DNA of 64,000 nucleotides from Candidatus Dojkabacteria bacterium HGW-Dojkabacteria-1 (GTDB lineage: Bacteria; Patescibacteriota; Dojkabacteria; SC72). The stretch spans positions 168,647 to 232,646 of the forward strand of contig PHAO01000001.1 in NCBI GenBank assembly GCA_002840365.1, given 5' to 3'. Shown one piece after another: positions 60,776-64,000 of the stretch (positions are counted from its first letter, which is position 1; every line of letters starts with the position of its first letter). The notes under the pieces were generated by a model. It was not told the origin of the DNA. It saw only the letters and a list, made by a program, of their open reading frames with translations, and made no database searches. The position numbers and the translations under genes were made by a program.

Positions 60776-61537
60776 ATGAAATGTAAGATATGTAATTCTG
60801 ATACTACTCCTATCTTTAAAGCAAAGATTATTAATAAATATGACGTACAGTATTATGAATGTCCTAGATGCTTGTTCATACAAACAGAGAAAGAATATTG
60901 GTTAAAGGAAGCTTACCAATCATCAATGAATATAAGTGATACGGGCGTTTTAACAAGAAATATATTACTGGGACTCAAAACTTCTTTAATTATTCAATTC
61001 CTGTTTAATCGTAAAGGTAAATTTTTAGATTACGCAGGAGGGTGGGGGATTTTTACTAGATTAATGAGAGATATAGGTTTTGATTTTTACTGGTTTGATC
61101 CTTACACAAGTAACGAGCTTGCCAGAGGTTTTGAAGCTGATTTAAGTGAGAGATATGAAGCACTTACAATTTTTGAAGGTTTTGAACATTTCCAAAATCC
61201 TTATGAAGATTTAGAAAAAATGTTTAAGCTTTCAGATACTATCATTTTCTCTACAACGTTAGTACCAAAACCAACTCCTCAACCTAAGGATTGGTGGTAT
61301 TACGGATTAGAGCATGGGCAACATGTTGCACTGTATTCGAAAGAGAGTTTTGAGTTCATAGCTAAAAAATATAATTGCAACTACTATACCGATGGAAAAT
61401 ATATGCATATGTTTACAAGAAGAAAAATTTCGAAGCTACTTTTTTTCTTCTTAACCTCTTTCTTCGGATTTCTACTAATTCCTTTAGTATTGGTAACTAA
61501 TAAATCTAAAACAATAACAGATAGTAAAAGTTTTTAA
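60776..61537 (+). CDS. class I SAM methyltransferase with N-terminal zinc finger
   Basis: CKIC..CPRC, LDYAGGWG, FEHF, GQHV. Confidence 0.85.
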   Translation: MKCKICNSDTTPIFKAKIINKYDVQYYECPRCLFIQTEKEYWLKEAYQSSMNISDTGVLTRNILLGLKTSLIIQFLFNRKGKFLDYAGGWGIFTRLMRDIGFDFYWFDPYTSNELARGFEADLSERYEALTIFEGFEHFQNPYEDLEKMFKLSDTIIFSTTLVPKPTPQPKDWWYYGLEHGQHVALYSKESFEFIAKKYNCNYYTDGKYMHMFTRRKISKLLFFFLTSFFGFLLIPLVLVTNKSKTITDSKSF

Positions 61538-61547
61538 TTTTTATCTT

Positions 61548-62042
61548 TTGAAAAGAATAATGCTCGACATCATTCTGTACACAATTCTAGCTTTACTAAG
61601 TATCTCTGGAGTAATATTAACTGTCCTAACTCTTCCAGGAGTATGGTTAGTATATATAGCTGTATTCATATTAGCTTGGATGGGATCATTTGAAATCATT
61701 ACTCCCTTAATATTAGTAATACTCTTTGTACTCTCTGTATTCTCTACAATAGCAGATAATATTGTAATGGCTTTAGGTGCTAAGAAGTTAGGAGGAAGTA
61801 ATTGGGGTATGTTAGGTGCAATACTAGGTGGTATTGTTGGCTTAATGGTTGGTAATATACTAGGTATGTTTGTAGGTCCAATAGTGGGAGCTACACTGTT
61901 TGAATTAATATTTGCTCGTAAGGACTTTAAGAGTAGTTTTAAAGCAGGAATAGGGTCTTTCATTGGTTTGTTTCTTGGTATTGTACTTAAAGTAGGTTTC
62001 ACTATCGGAATGATTGTATATGTACTTTCGCTAGTAATATAA
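61548..62042 (+). CDS. DUF456 family membrane protein
   Basis: LPG, GAKKLGGS..G..G...G glycine-rich TMs. Confidence 0.8.
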   Translation: MKRIMLDIILYTILALLSISGVILTVLTLPGVWLVYIAVFILAWMGSFEIITPLILVILFVLSVFSTIADNIVMALGAKKLGGSNWGMLGAILGGIVGLMVGNILGMFVGPIVGATLFELIFARKDFKSSFKAGIGSFIGLFLGIVLKVGFTIGMIVYVLSLVI

Positions 62043-62081
62043 CTGTTATGTAAATTCCTTTAACATCTGCTAATATATACC

Positions 62082-63260
62082 ATGCATTTAATAATTGATT
62101 GTACAACCACTCAAAATCAACTTAAATACAATGGAATAGGACAATATACTAAACATATTGTAAGTAGAATATTAGAAAAGAAAGAGATAGATATAACATT
62201 ACTAATGTTTGATGGAGAATCTACACTAGATCCATACCTTAAAGGAAGAAATATTCATATACACAGATTAGGAAAAGTAAGACCATCTGATTACAAAAAT
62301 TTTCTCACATATATATTTAAAATACTCCCCGCTATTAAACAGTACAAAAAAGAAGACAGTATATATTTCTGTCCTTATTTCTGGATAGGGATACCATCAT
62401 TACATATACCTACTGTACTAATGGTACATGACTTCATACTGCCCATATACAACATATATTCAGAACAAAGTATATTCCACAATATATTTAGAGGCATACA
62501 GTACTGGATAGAGATGTACAAAGCAAGATATTGTAAAGCTGTTATTACAAATTCCAAATGTACAGCAAAAGACTTTAGAAGATACTTCTCTAGATACCCT
62601 AAAGAAAACATATACCCCATATATCTTGATGGAGAAGTACAAGATTCTAAAGATATTCAGGGGTGGGATTCTTCCTTACCAAAAGATTACAAAGAAAGAG
62701 GATATTTCATATACATGGGAGGAACACCAGGCTCTAACAAAAATTCTGAAGGAGTAGTAAAAGGATACAGAGAATTTCTTACTAAGGTAAAACATGATAG
62801 TAGGGCACCATACCTGGTAATTGCAGGAAAGAACTTTACTAAAGAAATTGATAAAAGGGTAGTAAAGTTTAGAGACAAGATTGAATGTTTAGGACTAAAA
62901 GAAAATGTAATCTTTACTGGTTTCTATGAAGATTCTCATGTAAAACCACTACTTAGTAACTCAATCTCTTTCATACATCTTTCATTGTATGAAGGATTTG
63001 GTATTGCATTAGTAGAAGCAATGAAATCAGGTACCCCAGTTATTGCTCACAATGGTTCTTGTTATCCAGAGGTACTTGAAGATGCAGGAATACTAGTTGA
63101 TGGTCTTAACTCTAAAGAAGTAGGAGAGTGCATGTACAAGATATACAAAGACAAGAAACTAAGGGATGAATTAATACAAAAAGGTTTGCAAAGAGGTAAA
63201 GAATTCTCTTGGAGAAATACCACTGATATGACAGTGGAGGTTTTCAAATCTGTAGTATAA
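62082..63260 (+). CDS. GT4 glycosyltransferase
   Basis: GIGQY, HD, SLYEGFGIALVEAM. Confidence 0.9.
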   Translation: MHLIIDCTTTQNQLKYNGIGQYTKHIVSRILEKKEIDITLLMFDGESTLDPYLKGRNIHIHRLGKVRPSDYKNFLTYIFKILPAIKQYKKEDSIYFCPYFWIGIPSLHIPTVLMVHDFILPIYNIYSEQSIFHNIFRGIQYWIEMYKARYCKAVITNSKCTAKDFRRYFSRYPKENIYPIYLDGEVQDSKDIQGWDSSLPKDYKERGYFIYMGGTPGSNKNSEGVVKGYREFLTKVKHDSRAPYLVIAGKNFTKEIDKRVVKFRDKIECLGLKENVIFTGFYEDSHVKPLLSNSISFIHLSLYEGFGIALVEAMKSGTPVIAHNGSCYPEVLEDAGILVDGLNSKEVGECMYKIYKDKKLRDELIQKGLQRGKEFSWRNTTDMTVEVFKSVV

Positions 63261-63321
63261 CTGTATACATAGGGGATAGAATAAAGTAAAATACAGAACA
63301 ATAACTTAATGAATTAGATAT

Positions 63322-64000
63322 ATGGAGAAAGAAATATATCAATCGGATGACCCAAAAGATGCCCAAGGAACAACAGTAAGATTAGAAAAGCAAGAATTTG
63401 AGTCAGGATATTCAAGCTATGTTGTCAGAGTAAACCCAGAATTTACTCAAATGTGTTATGAACATGACAAACCATGGGATGAAGACTTTAGAAGAAATAT
63501 CGGTCCTAACTACCCATATACAATGTCTCCTAAAACTTCAGAATTAATCGCAACAACGTCTACAGAGTTAAAGAAAGAAATGTCTAGGGTTGGATTTCAA
63601 ATAGATCCATGGAAAGTAGGAGCAGACGATGAACCATATGTAATGGGTGTCTTAAGAAGAGTTATGGTTACAGACACTATTGAACCAATACTCTCATATA
63701 CTGATGAAGTTGCATCTCATCTAAAGGGGCTTAAAGAGAAAGATCCATCAAAAGTATTAAACATTAGATCTTTTTTCTGTGGTGCAGCAGTTGCAGACAA
63801 AAGTTTAATTTCAAGGCTATATGAATCTGGGGTATCTGCTAATTTAATAGCAACAGATATTGCCGCCGATTCTATTGCAATAGCGGCTCTTAATTTTTCG
63901 GTATGGAATGAGTTACTACCTGAGAGTGATAGATATGAAATACATATTGTAAAAGGATCAATCCCAAGAGAATTATATGGAAGAGACAAAACTATTGTGC
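63322..64000 (+). CDS. hypothetical protein with divergent SAM-methyltransferase motifs (runs off window end)
   Basis: Open from ATG 63322 (MEKEIYQSDD...) to the window end; IRSFFCGAAV and LIATDIA resemble motifs I/II. Confidence 0.6.
   Translation, partial: MEKEIYQSDDPKDAQGTTVRLEKQEFESGYSSYVVRVNPEFTQMCYEHDKPWDEDFRRNIGPNYPYTMSPKTSELIATTSTELKKEMSRVGFQIDPWKVGADDEPYVMGVLRRVMVTDTIEPILSYTDEVASHLKGLKEKDPSKVLNIRSFFCGAAVADKSLISRLYESGVSANLIATDIAADSIAIAALNFSVWNELLPESDRYEIHIVKGSIPRELYGRDKTIV

Noticed and set aside
207-63989. Numerous 60-150 aa ORFs antisense or out-of-frame to well-supported genes
   Set aside because: Shadow ORFs with no motifs or expression signals.
1-64000. CRISPR array, rRNA, transposase/integrase, UGA recoding
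   Set aside because: No repeat-spacer periodicity, rRNA or recombinase motifs seen; genes end normally at TGA.

Overview
AT-rich (roughly 30% GC by eye) bacterial chromosome segment, standard genetic code (TGA used as stop). Gene content and style (archaeal-type UMP kinase, alpha2-type GlyRS, Tgt starting at MPDAT, CAP and DUF3048 surface proteins, many leaderless genes) suggest a reduced CPR/Patescibacteria genome, possibly Dojkabacteria (inference). 1-26.1 kb is mostly housekeeping: RNase P RNA, fmt, queA, tgt, a candidate 6S RNA before rny, HU, pyrH, two GreA paralogues, tRNA-Glu-trmD, glyS, lysS, nrnA, serS, thpR, miaA, a strongly degenerate SecD/SecF pair and tRNA-Pro. 26.1-31.1 kb is a small integrase-less island at tRNA-Pro(GGG), closed by a 12-bp repeat of the tRNA 3' end. 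It carries an OLD-family ATPase/TOPRIM nuclease, a DpnII/MboI-like nuclease with an uncharacterised N-terminal domain, and an HTH-Panacea/RelE-like toxin-antitoxin operon led by an unannotated 46-aa basic ORF. 31-38 kb is accessory. It includes a ~50% GC lipoprotein gene with boxA, a Shine-Dalgarno, complementary 5'/3' UTRs and a large 3' hairpin, plus a ~150-215 nt multi-helix candidate ncRNA before a ferredoxin-NUDIX-HIT operon. 38-64 kb is a large surface-polysaccharide cluster: FnlA/RmlD-like/epimerase trio, many GT2/GT4/GT8 enzymes, methyltransferases and Wzm/Wzt.
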